Shown: in pieces, positions 37,900-50,444 of the stretch
Layout of the letters: each line of letters opens with the position of its first letter
How positions within the stretch are numbered: the stretch's first letter is position 1
Assembly: GCA_038087875.1 (NCBI GenBank)
Contig: CM075994.1
Span: forward strand, 6,078,001-6,142,000
Reading direction: 5' to 3'
DNA length: 64,000 nt
Source: Malacoraja senta
Taxonomy: Eukaryota
The notes under the pieces: generated by a model
The model's database searches: none
Told to the model about the DNA's origin: nothing
The model's input: only the letters and a program-made list of their open reading frames with translations
Translations under genes and position numbers: made by a program

Positions 37900-38880
37900 A
37901 ATACTGACTTGGCCTCCACAGCCTTTTGTGGCAATGAATTCCACAGATTCACCACCCTCTGGCAAAATAAACTCCTCCTCATCTCCTTCCTGAAATAACG
38001 TTCTTTAATTCTGAGGCTATGACCTCTGGTCCTAGACTCTCCCACTAGTGGAAACATCCTCTCCACATCCACTCTATGCAGGCCTTTCATTATTCTGTAC
38101 GTTTCAATGAGCCCCCCCTCCCCTCATTCTTCTGAGCGTTGTAATTAAATTTTACTGTTTGTATGTCACCTTCCCCTCAGCCAACAATGAACCATTCTAC
38201 GTTTCCTTCATCATTGTCTACTTTGATCTGTCGTTTTCGCTCTTTGCCATTACGTATTTCTAGTTTCTCTCTCCTCGACTCTCAGCCTGAAGAAGGGTCT
38301 CGACCCAAAATATCACCCATTCCTTCTCTCCAGAGATACTTCTTATCCCTTGTATGCTCTAGAATTTAGAAGGAATAAATCTTATTGAAACCTATGTTTA
38401 AGAAGGAACTGCATATGCTGGAAAATCGAAGGTAGACAAAAATGCTGGAGAAACTCAGCGGGTGAGGCAGCATCTATGGAGCGAAGGAAATAGGCAACGT
38501 TTCAGGTCGAGACCCTTCTGCAGACATATAAGATTATTAAGGGTTTGGACACGCCAGAGGCAGGAAACATGTTCCCGATGTTGGGGGAGTCCAGAACCAG
38601 GGCCCGCAGTTTAAGAATAAGGGGCCTGAATAAGGGGTAGGCCCGGAATCCTACAAGAAGAAGAAGAAGGGGTAGGCCATTTAGAGCGGAGATGAGGAAA
38701 CACTTTTTCACACAGACTGTGAGTCTGTGGAATTCGCTGCCTCAGAGGGCCGGTTATCTGGATGCTTTCAAGAGAGAGCTAGATAGGGCTCAAAGATAGC
38801 GGAGTCAGGGGATATATCACAATGAATGGTGGTGCTGGCTCAAAGGGCCGAATGGCATACTCCTGCACCTATTGTCTATC
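37900..38880. mobile_element. Cluster of CR1 3' fragments (both strands) and PLE mini-elements
   Basis: SRTRGHSLRI..RVVNLWNSLP on the minus strand (37900-38130). CR1 on the plus strand at 38525-38880. Hammerhead-like motifs at 38287 (+) and ~38496 (-). Confidence 0.75.
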
Positions 38881-39975
38881 CTGCTGAGTTATTTGTGTCT
38901 ATCTTTAATGTAAACCAGCATCTGTAGTTCCTTCCTACATGTAAATTAATCTGCTTTCATTTTTGCCTGGCAGTTTAATCCACAACCTAAGCACTTAAAA
39001 AATATATCCTTGAGTCACTTTAGTTTAGTTTATTGTCATGTGTACTGAGGTATAGTGAAAAACCTTTTGTGTTTTCCTTTGCCGTTCACCTTCATTCTTT
39101 TATAGAGTGAAAGTGTTAAGCAGTACAGAAGCAGACCCTCTGTCCCTGCCTATGGACAATCATGCCTATCTATACCACCCTCTTGCTAGCAGGAATTTCA
39201 CATCTATCTGTGTCCCTGAGCAAACAACAAAATGCTGTGGAACTCAGCGGGTCAGGCAGCATCTTTTGAGGGAAAGGACAGATAAGGTTTCTGTTCCCTT
39301 ACCAGATGCTGTCCGACCCAATTAGTTCCTCCAGGACTTTGTGTTTTCCTCAAGTTTCCAGCATCTGAAGTCTCATGTCTTTTTGTGTCCTGTTCATTCA
39401 AGTAAATGTTGGCATAGTTCCTTCCTCTGCTACCATCCATGTCATACCACTTTCCCATCCGCTCTTTGCACGTTATGGGCAATGTTAGAGGCCAATTAAC
39501 CATCATTTGGACATGGGAGGTAAACGGAGGACCTGAAGGAAACCCACAAGGTCACAGGGGGAACATGCAAACTCCACACAGACAAGCTCCCATGGTCAGG
39601 ATCAAACCCGCATCTGGCACTGAGAGGCAGCAGCTCTACCGTCTGTGCCACCGTGCTGCCCCTTTGAACATACAAACCCGTTCAAAAGATGTACAGGTTT
39701 GTAGGTTAATTGGCTTCGGTAAAATTGTAAAATGTTGCGTGTGTTTAGGATTGTGTAAGTTTACGGGGTGATCGCTGATTGGCATGGACTTGGTGGGCCG
39801 AAGGGCCTGTTTCTACACTGTACCTCAATTCTAGTTTGCCAACTTAGGAACATGACTTCAATATTCTTATCAGAATCACTAATACGAATGACAAACAGCA
39901 AATGACCTGGCACCAATCCCACTGCTCACAAGCCTCTAAGCTTAAAAGCACCCCTCCACTATTGTAATGTGGAAC

Positions 39976-42900
39976 TGTTAAGGTTCATGGATGAAAGGGC
40001 CTTTTACTTGTAGGTAAAGACGTCCACAGTTTAACCAATTTTTCCAATCCAGAGGTCATATTAATCAATTTCCGTGATAGACAGGCTGTCCCATAAAGTG
40101 GGAAGCAATCATCCAGAATTGCTCTGACTCTGATATACTTTGCTTAGCCCTCATCGGGAATATATAACAGTTAGATGTTACACAGCTCACATGTGAGGGA
40201 CAACAAAGGCCAAATAACAGCATCTCCTTCAGTTGTAGGTTAGCCTGATCAACCTTTCCCAGTTCTTCTCATCCCCAGGTGCATGCCCATAATCCACATA
40301 AAAATACGTCCCATTTATTGGACTCAGCGGCCACTAACACTAACCTTGGAGCAGTATACTATACTTAAGACGGAGTATACTTAAGGCTGTTCCTTAAGTA
40401 TATTCCGTCGCTTCGTTTGTCACAATAACGGGTTAACTGGGCTCTGGGGCAATTCACTAATTTAAGTCGTGGTATTTCCCAAATCCTGGTCTCTTACCTT
40501 CCATTCTAGCTTAAAAGAGGCCGTATACCATCCTTTAAATATGGGTCCCTGAGCTTGCCGTTGTGAAGGCACCCATTAGTTGCTGTTTTATTGCGAAAAT
40601 AGTGTACGGCCTGAACCTCAGTAAGGTTAAGGGGTATTGTCAAGAGGGAAGTGCATACACAACCAGTATACACTTATTATCACAAAGGGCAAATTCAAAA
40701 CTCATAATAAACAAATTATTTCACGAAGTTCAGTCCATTTCGGCCAACCCCAGAATAAAAAAGAAGGGTCATTAACCCCATTGTCCTTTTTTGTTCTCTG
40801 ATCTGTTTATAGTCAATCAGATGTATCCTCTTCATGGCAGTTGATGTTATTGGTAGCACCTGCTACAGTCCCTTTCAACACTGTCCCAATTTCTTCTGAT
40901 CCCAGTACCATATCAGTTCGTAGTCTGATAGTATGGACTCCTCCCTGTGTTCAACGGATAGTGGCTTCTTTGACTCTCATACCTGGGAATAACCCAGCTG
41001 GGGTTGTTCTAAAGCACCAAAATAGCTGAATACATGAACCCATTCTTGTCCAGTCTCAGTCAAGGCTTTACTTAAAAACTTTTTAGTGTCCTATTCATTC
41101 CCTCCACTAATCCAAAACTCTGCAATTAGTGGGAGATATGAAATCAATCTTTAACTACTGACTAGGCAGAGCCTCCTTCATCACCTTCCCTGTGAAACGT
41201 TTACCTGGTCAATCTGAAGAGGGACCCCCCCACTTAAATATTATCTCTTTGACTCCTTATCACAATTCTAGCTGTTCTATCTTAGTATGGGAATACCGTT
41301 ACCCAGTAAAGCAATCAATCAGTACTAAATAGTACCCTGTATTTTGTGACTAGAACAAGGGTCCTGTGAAATCTATCTATCTATCTATGTTGATCTGCAG
41401 GCTATACTCATTTTCCATTTGGCATGCCAATTATCTCATACTGCCCTTAACATCCCTGCTTCTAAGTTCACACTATACTATGGGGAGAGTATAAACTATA
41501 ATCCCCCTCAGTGTGTTGAGCTCTAAGATTTCCACTGCCCATGTTACTTATTCACGTACTTAAGCACATCAGTACAGCCAAGCTAACACTGGACTTTGCC
41601 TAGGGAACAACAAACAACTGTTCTCATTCTGTCTTTATAGTCTGTTACTACCACTTTTTGTATCCTTCATTATCACAGCACAATGGTAGTTTAGTCATAT
41701 ATAAGAATCCCAGTGCTGGGAAGGAGGTCAGGGATAGTTGATATTTTTGTCTGCAATAATCCAAATATGTTTCTCCTCCCCAATCTACTCTATCTCTCAA
41801 CATTTACTTCCCATAGTGATTTCTCTCAAACTACGGTCTGATGTAATCAACTAGCACAAAACACATGTTACAAGCTTCCTTCCACACATTTTAAGACAGG
41901 AAAGCTGGCTACTCTTGCATTCTAAAACACAAACACTGTCCTTACATCAACTCCATTGAACTTCAACAAGACAAAAATATCTTTATTTTCACCACATTAG
42001 AAAGAACATAATTTTAGATGTTCTTAATAATGTACTTTGTACATTTATGTACTTTTGTACTTTTCATTCTTTATGGGCACTTTGCCCCTGGCTATCTTCA
42101 GCTAAATAATCCACTTGTCTAAAAAAAGTTTTGAAAGTCGGCGCTTTATATACCCGCGTCACGCACGACAACCTCTTTTCGGCCATTGCCCAAGTGGGTC
42201 AGGCCCTTCAATCTATGCTTTATTTACATCACTTCTCATCCTTCTAAACTCCACAGAGCATGTCCAACTTGCTCATCCTTTCTTTTTAACATGGAATTAA
42301 CTTAACCCGAAATGTTCTCCTGAAATCCGCTTTTTTAAAACAAGCAACTTCATTTTTTCAACTACAAGGACACCCAGATCCCCTTGCACAGCTGTATTCT
42401 AAAGTTTAAATATTCTTATTTTCTATTCTTCCTCCCTAAATGAAAATATATATATATTTTCCTACATTATGATCCAACTGCCAAATTCTGTCTCAGTCAA
42501 CCTACACTTAACAATTTTATGGCATCATCACTTACTAACAAATTTGACTATAAAATAGTCTTGCTCTTTTCTTAAATCCAAATTAATAACATGGATGATC
42601 AATAACTGAGGTAGACAAAAATGCTGGAGAAATTCAGCGGGTGAGGCAGCATCTATGGAGCGAAGGAAATGGGCAACGTTTCAGGTCGAAAGCCTTTTTC
42701 AGACATCAGTTATTGATCATGCTATCATGATCCATAACTGATATGCTAGCATTCGCTCTTGTAGCACAAGTGGTATTCTGGAAACTTGAAAACAGTCTCT
42801 TTAAGAATAAGGGGTAGGCCATTTAGGACTGAGATATTAGCTCATCCAATCTCATCTAACACATGGCCAGTGTGGCATCCAAGTCTCCTTTTGAACTCAA

Positions 42901-45801
42901 TCCAAAAGATAAGAAATAGGAAGAAAAACTTAAAATACCAATAAGACAAAACAAACAACGTACATTTTTTCATCTCTCTGTTAAAAGTTAAGAGAAAATA
43001 AAGAATAAATTAATTTTCATAGATTACTAACGCACTTGCAAAGAACAAAGAAAATGAAAATAACCTTGTGTGACTCCACCTCCACACAACTACTGACTTC
43101 TTAAAGAGACACACACTACCTCTTAAAACACATTAGTCTACAAGGATTTCTTACATAAAAGAGCAAAAGCTCATTCAATTACATCCTATTTCATCTGAAA
43201 TATGGGATTTAATTCAACATTCATCAGAACCCATTCCTTAAAAATGTAACAATCTTTAAACTTACTTATTTTATACCTTTTTTTTCTCTCTGACATTCAC
43301 AAGTTGCCACACCTCATACAATATGCTAAATCTCACAGATATTCACACACTTTAAAACAATAAAATTATCACTCAAATGTAAAACAGTTATACACACCTC
43401 AAGGAAATCATTCTAACTCTTAAAACTTTGATACACCCTAATACGTTCATAAGATTGCCCACCATTTTACACATTTACTGAATTAACATGGAATTTTCAC
43501 AAGGAAAATGGACATCTTAATTAGGTTTTTAAGTTGTACGGTGTATCTCTATTGTTTTCCCTTATCAGCATGCGTAAGGGGGTGTGTATATAATAACAGG
43601 CAGAAAAATATCAATTACACAAATTTGTCCAAGAGGGGTGTGAGCCAGAGTCCGGTGGTGGAATCAATGGCACAGCCCTCTCGTTTCCATAGTCATTGCA
43701 CATAGAGGCGTCCCTCTATAATTCCTAAACCTCCCTCATTTGTCTGACAAGACCATTCTGTCTACTAGAATCTTTGGTTCTATGGGGACCAATGTACAAA
43801 ATTCGCAAGCTAGGACATTCCCCTGGGAGTCTTTGTCGTGGCCACTCATATGGGTATTGCACTTAATAATGGCTAGGTGGACTGGGAAGGCTGAGGCTAG
43901 TGTAGTGGTCAGCGTTGTCTTTAAGTTGTGAAAGTCTTCTTCTTGTTGGAATGAGAGAGTTAAAATGAATAAGAATTAACCAAGCCCACAAAACCCTCAT
44001 CTGCTAGGAATGGGCGGGCTGGTATGATTCACAATGGGTGGTCCAATTCCCTGTCAATCAGGATCCTGGGCACTGTGATTGGACAGTGATCCAGATTGTG
44101 ATTGGTCAGACTCCCTGTCATTCAGGATGTTGCCACACCCCATAACCATTGGGTCACTCACACACTCTCTTCTGTTCTTTCTCCAGCAGAGGCGAGCTCT
44201 GTGCCAAAAGTGGTTCGAAGGCAAGTTTGTTTCAAACTGTACAGGCTGTTGGCTTGTGATTTTAAAGTTCTCTGAGCAGCCTCAATTCTCATGCTTTTTT
44301 TTCTTTTTCCAATCTTTAATTTATCTGCAGTTTTCTCTCTCTGGTCATCTGCGTTGTTTAACTCTCTCACTGCTGATTTCAATTACTGCTCCTTCTCTTC
44401 TGCATCAGCCATTTCCCTTCTTTCTCATCTGCCTTTTCAGTCTCCGAGTCGCTATCAGTATCATTTTCATCTAGGGATACCCTTTTCTGGAGGGGTGCTG
44501 GGAGCCTCGCCCTCCCAGCGGGATCTTTTATGGGGAGGTGGTCTACACTATTCCCAACTTTATTCCTTCATTCCCCCTCTTCTATAAACAGGGTCACCAT
44601 GTCAGACAAGGCGTCTCTAGAGGACTTATCGGTACCGGGTTTGTTCTAAACCATTAATTGCTTGTTTTCTGAACTTTCTTAACAGCGCTTTCTCTCTCTA
44701 TCTTGGCCATTTTCACTTGTTCCTCTGCCCACTGGCATATTACTTTTAGGATTCAAATAACATATGTGTTGCACAGCATTCCCCTGTCACTTTAGTTCAA
44801 ATTGTTACCCATTATTCCAGTGTGTTTAAACATTTACTTAATTGTGAATGACAGGCTTTCTACCTGCGGAGCCAATCACCGACTACTTTCCTAGCAGCAA
44901 ATACGGGTGTTCCCCCGTCACTTTTATCTAGATTATTCCTCATAGCTGCGAGATTCTCCCAGCCCAGCTATTTTGTGAACGACAAACTTTTTTAGTTTGC
45001 GAAGCCAATTGCCAACTACTCTCTTAGTAGCAAAATACCTTACCAACAACTTTCCCAGTAGCAAAACGTCTTACTAACTACTTTCCTAGTAGCAAATTCT
45101 CTTACCAACTACTTTCCTAGTCGCAAAAATCTCAATACAGTTGGTCTTACCTTCGTTGTCTGCATCTAAGAATTTCGGCATGGCACCAGATCAACTACTA
45201 CGAAGGACCTAAGTTTTCCCAGGAGCTTCTTCGGGAGGTCGGTCTCAAGGGGTCCGACTGGTGCACTTTTTTCTCCCATCCGATCCTGCTCAAACTACGG
45301 CCTCTTACTCGGTCGTCTGTTGATGGTCCCAGCGAAATCCTGCCAACTATATGAAATGTTAAGGTTCATTTCTTAAAACAGACAACTCACAAGCTGTTAG
45401 ATAAACCAACACAAGCTTTACTGATCATTTAGCCAGCGAGAGTGCCACAGGATTCAAAGTCAAGTATGCAGCAGATTCTTAACCCCACCCCCCTCCCCCA
45501 GGCCACCACTCTAATGAATTAAGACATCCAAGGTACACAAAAATGCTGGAGAAACTCAGCGGGTGCAGCAGCATCTATGGAGCGAAGGAAATAGGCAGCG
45601 TTTGGGGTCGAAACCCTTCGGGCCGACCACATCCAACATCTTTTTATAGTATTACGGAAACATAGTCACATGTTTATACAGAGTTGGAGCAATGACGTCC
45701 AACACATCAATCAGAAACTTGATCAACATTTACAATTCTGTCTTAACAATGTATTCTTCAGTCAGCTACCAACCAGAAGTTCCTGCTCACAGAAACCTAC
45801 G
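39976..45801 (-). mobile_element. Decayed endogenous retrovirus, antisense within rbm4 intron 1
   Basis: Integrase motifs on the minus strand: IDFTGPL...YYLVLIDCFT (~41300-41380), GVPLQID.Q..RFTGKV (~41180-41230), QSFGLVEGMNRTLK (~41080-41130). 5' LTR ~45357-45801 with CTATAAAAA and AGTAAA. tRNA-Ser-like PBS at 45336-45354. The LTR end TGTTAAGGTTCAT occurs at both 39976 and 45357. Confidence 0.8.
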
Positions 45802-45942
45802 AGACCCTTCTTCAGACTATTCCCCCCATTCTTCTTGAATGGGGGGATCAGTACAGGATGAATGGGGGGGGGGGGGGAGGTCAGGACAGTGTGGATCGGA
45901 GGGTCTGCAGGATGACTGGGGGATCACTACAGGATGAATGAG

Positions 45943-47793
45943 CAGGGCTCGAAATTAGAGGTTGCCCGGGTGCCACTGACCACTCAAAGCACCGCCCGGG
46001 CAACCTAAACACTGAGTCATTTTGCCCGGTTTGGCAACCAGATACTGGTTTGTACCGAAGAGAGACACAAAAAACTGGAGTAACTCCGCGGGTCAGGCAG
46101 CATCTCTGGAGAATAGCAACGTGATGGCGGTGACGGCTGTCGTGCGGGGCAAAGATACTAGGTGCGGGATGAGGAAGGGTCGGAGCAAATGACGGGCCCC
46201 GAACAGCGGCAGCAGCGGCCGCGACCGCGGCTCCATCTCCTCCTCCCGCACCCCGCCCCCCTGATAAGGGCCGCTGCTTGTAAATCCACTAACGGCGATA
46301 ACCGCTTTCAAAACAAACCCTCCCGCACTTCGAGGGAGGGAGGGGAGGCCTCGAAGTTTACAAGCAGCGGCCCTTATCAGGGCTGGCGGGGGGCGGGAGG
46401 AGGAGGCAGTGGAGCCGCTGCTGCCGCTGTTCGACTTTTTTACCGCCCGGCCCCGCACCTTGCTGTTGGCTGGCGGAGGAGGAGGCGGTGGCGAGGAGAT
46501 CCCAACGGCCAAGGCAATGGGGCGATGTTGTCCGAGGAGCGCTGACCTTCCTTCCTCCCCGCCTCGCCCCCTCTCTCTCTCTCTCTTGTACGCCGCCTCC
46601 ACCCCCTTATCCTGGGACCCCTCCACTTCATCCCACACTGATCCCCATTCCCGCCTCTATTCGGTCCTCACTGACATCCCCTGTGCTCCCCTCCCCATCT
46701 ACCCCCCCCCCCATCTATTCATCCTGCGCTGATCACTCTATCCACCTCACATTGATTCTCCACACTGTACTGACCCACCTCCCCCCATTCATCCTGTACT
46801 GATCCTCCCATTCAAGAAGAATGGGGGGAACAGTCTGAAGAAAGGTCTCGACCCGAAACGTTGCCTATTTCCTTCGCTCCATAAATGCTGCCTCACCCGT
46901 TGAGTTTCTCCAGCACTTTTGTCTACCCCCATCCATCCCGTACTGAACCCCCCCCCCCCATTCAACACCACTGACATCCCCGGTGCTCTCCCCTCACAAT
47001 TTTACCTACTCCAACCAACACATACTAATTCACCTGCCTCAATCCATCCATTCTGCACCGACTGCCTTCTAACCCACCCCCCCCCCCCCCCGCCATCTAT
47101 CCACACCTCCCTCCCTGACCCTATTGTGCTGGAAATGTCTTCAGAGCGAACTTTGACTATGTTTGATAACGGAATGCAATCAAATGTGTTTTAATTCCCA
47201 ATGTTATTATTTGTTTTAATACATTAAGATGGATTCATTAAATTGTGAGTGAACACGTGAAACATTAAAACGCGCAGTGTTCGATTGTCACTGCTGCCGT
47301 TGACACGTTATTACAGAATTCATTTTAACAGCAAATCAATGCTCTTAATATGGAGTATCAGTACTGTAGTTATTAATGAGCAACAGTCACAACTATACGT
47401 ACGCATGTATTTTCCATGGTCCAGGATTTAATTGACACAGGTTGATCATATGCTGAATAATCCACCACATTGTTGTTTGGAAGTGGAAAGAACTAATAGA
47501 AATTGCATTAATTGCAACGTGTAAATACTGCCTTATAATTTGCTGCATGTCATTGTGGGATATATCATGTCTTGATTGGTGAATATGTTTAGTTTGTGAC
47601 TTTATTTGAAGCAGAAATAATATGTGAATGCTTCATTGAGTATAATTCCGACCACGCACTTCGTCCGAGCACATTATTGCATGCGTCATGCAAGCCATCT
47701 TAAATGACCACCTAAACTGTCATTTGGCAACCTAAAAAGCTGCCAAGGTTGCCCGGCTGGCAACAGGGGAAAAAAAGTTAAGCGAGAGCCCTG
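45943..47793 (+). mobile_element. Non-autonomous DNA transposon (TIR CAGGGCTC), inserted into an antiparallel copy of itself
   Basis: Ends CAGGGCTCGAAATTA / TTAAGCGAGAGCCCTG with flanks ATGAG / ACGAG. The host copy spans ~45801-45942 plus 47794-48954 (ends AATTTCGAGCCCTG). Confidence 0.82.
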
Positions 47794-48414
47794 ACGAGGG
47801 GATCAGTTTAGGATGAATGGGGGATCAGTACAGGATGCATCATGAGGGGATCAGTACAGGATGCATGAGGGATCAGTACAGGATGCATGAGGGGATCAGT
47901 ACAGGACGAATGGGGGATCAGTAAAAGATGAATGGGAGAATCACTACAGGATGGTTGGGGGGGATTTGTGCAGGGTAAATGGAGGGTGGGTCAGTACGGG
48001 ATGAATGGGAGGCTCAGTGCAGTTTGAATGGGAAGGGGGTCAGTACAGATGAATTGGGGGACCAGTGTAGGATGGATGGGGGGGTGGCAGGAGAATCAAT
48101 GCGAGGTGGGTAGGGTGATGAATAGATTGGGGGGGTATAGATGGGGAGGGGAGCACAGGGGATGTCAGTGAGGACTGAATAGAGAATGGAATGGGGATCA
48201 GTGCGAGATGGAGGGGAGGGGTCCCAGGATAAGAGGGGTGGAGGGGGGCGTACAAGAGAGAGAGAGGGGGGGGAAGGAAGGTCAACGCTTCTCAAACAAC
48301 ATCGCCCCGCTGCCTTGGCCGTCCCTGTCCAACGCCAAAGGGTGTGGCGGTTGGGACTCCCACGCCCCGCCTCCCCTCCTCCGACAGCAAGGTGCGGGGC
48401 CGAGCGGTGCAGCT

Positions 48415-48442
48415 CAAAGATCCTATAGCTATAGGATCTTTG
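48415..48442. mobile_element. 28-bp TIR-only remnant of the 31951 MITE family
   Basis: Perfect palindrome CAAAGATCCTATAG-CTATAGGATCTTTG flanked by GTGCAGCT / TTGCAGCT. Confidence 0.85.
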
Positions 48443-50139
48443 TTGCAGCTGCTTCAGACGGCGGATGGAGGCCTCCGCCTCCCTCTCCCCCTCCTCCGGC
48501 CTCGGCGTGCGAGAGGGGTTGTTTGAAAGCGCCGTTGGCGGATCTGGGCGATAGCGGCCGCTGCTTGCAAATCCACCAACGGCGCTTTCAAAACAACCCC
48601 TCTCGCACGCCGAGGCCGGGAGGAGGGAGGGAGAGAGAGGCTTCCTTCCGCCGGGCGGGATGCAGGAGGAGGAGGCGGTGGAGCCGCTGCTGCGGCTTTT
48701 CGGTGCCCGTCATTCGCTGCGACCCTTCGTCACCACGCACCTAGTATCTTTGCCCCGCACAGCCGCCGCCGACACGAAACGTCATGTTCCTATTCTCCAG
48801 AGATGCTGCCTGCCCGCGGAGTACTCCAGTTTTTGTGCCTATCGGTATAAACCAGTATTGATTGCCAAGCCGGGCAAAATGACTCGGTGTTCAGGTTGCC
48901 CAGCGGCACTTGGGTGGTCAATGGCACCTGGGCAACCGCTAATTTCGAGCCCTGAAGTACATCCTCTCCCACCATTGTAGATGATATTCTACTTGGCACG
49001 TAAAGGAACAGTTTGAATGCTGGCCTCCAATTTCTTGATTCCCACATTTCTACAGCACAGAATTTCAAAGCTTTTATTTACTCAACCCAAAGAAGCGATC
49101 ACGTTTGGTCGCGCTAGGCGCATGCTGGTGGGACAGGCCCTTTAGTCTTGGGACAATTTTGTCTTATAACTATTGTTTTCTAATATTCGGCCTTCTCTTT
49201 CCACAAGCTATTTAATATCACGAATTTAATCTTCATTTTCAGACTTGTTTCTGCTTATCAGCTGCCCTAGGAAGTCAACATTTCCCAATCAACTCTCTTT
49301 GTTTCTTACACAAAAAAGTCGTATCAAGTTAGAAACAGTTTGCTTTAGCCGATCAGCGCTGGTAGTTCCCTAAGCAATCCATACTTGTTCAAGAGATTGC
49401 TAAAATTGATAATTATTTCAAAAACTTTTGCTTTTCATGTGCATAAACTCGCCTTGAATTTTCTTGTTTACTGCAGCAAGTGTGGACAATTCACCAGACA
49501 TGTTGTCCAGCGTTGCAGGGAACTGGTGAAAGAGGCGAACCATTTGGTCATGTGACAAGCATCTCTTCTACCCCTTGTTTCTCCCCAGGTCCCCAATAAT
49601 TTGCTCTTTAAAATCCATCCCTATCAGTCATTTTGTATTAACAAGGAACTGCAGTTGCTGGGTTACACCAAAGCAAGACACAATGCTGAGATAACTCAGC
49701 AGGTAAGGCAGCATCTCTGGAGGAATGCTAATAGGTGATGTTTTGGTCTGGACTGAAGAAGGGTCCCAATCCGAATGTCACCTATCCATGTTCTCAGAAG
49801 ATGCTGCCTGACCCACAGAGTTACTCCAGCATTTTATGTCTTTCCATCAGTCTCTTACTTGCGTACCCTCTTTGACAACTCTTTAGTGTTGATTTTCACC
49901 TGTGCCAAGTGCACCGAAACATTCTGCTTTGTTAAAGGTGTGTTAGAATTGAAGTTATTTGCACGGATAGAAGTTTACTGTAAGGCAATTTGTTTTTGGA
50001 AGTCTGAATCTTGATTTCCTCGCCCCATTTTGTTGCTATTTTCCTAGAATGTAAAATGCAAACACATGTGCAATTGTTTGTGTATAGGAGGAAGAGATTT
50101 CATTTGATTTATAACCTGTACTTCCTTATCCTTCAACAG

Positions 50140-50444
50140 AATTATGGCTTTGTGCACATGAAGGACAGGGAGGCAGCAAAGGAGGCAATTGAGAATCTGC
50201 ATCACTATAAGCTGCATGGCTCTGCATCAATGTCGAGGCCAGCAAGGGTGGGTCCAAGTCGTCCACCAAACTTCACGTGGGTAACTTAAGCAGTGGTTGC
50301 ACCAGCCAGGAACTGCAGGCCAAATTCGAGGAGTATGGGACGGTCCTGAGTGCGATATCGTTAAGGACTACGCCTTTGTGCATTTGGAGAGGAGTGAGGA
50401 TGCCATGGAAGCCATCAGGGGACTTGATGGCACAGAATTCAAAG
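50140..50444 (+). CDS. rbm4: RBM4 coding exon 2 (rest of RRM1 plus RRM2), with two apparent 1-nt deletions
   Basis: Acceptor cttccttatccttcaacag|AAT. Read across three frames it gives [27 protein letters not shown](x)[42 protein letters not shown](E)[31 protein letters not shown]. Phase-1 donor AAAG|GTGAAA. Frame breaks at ~50220 and ~50348. Confidence 0.92.

Noticed and set aside
46093..48980. Multiple 100-180 aa GC-rich ORFs on both strands
   Set aside because: Low-complexity interior of the self-nested DNA transposon, with no transposase or other domain motifs.
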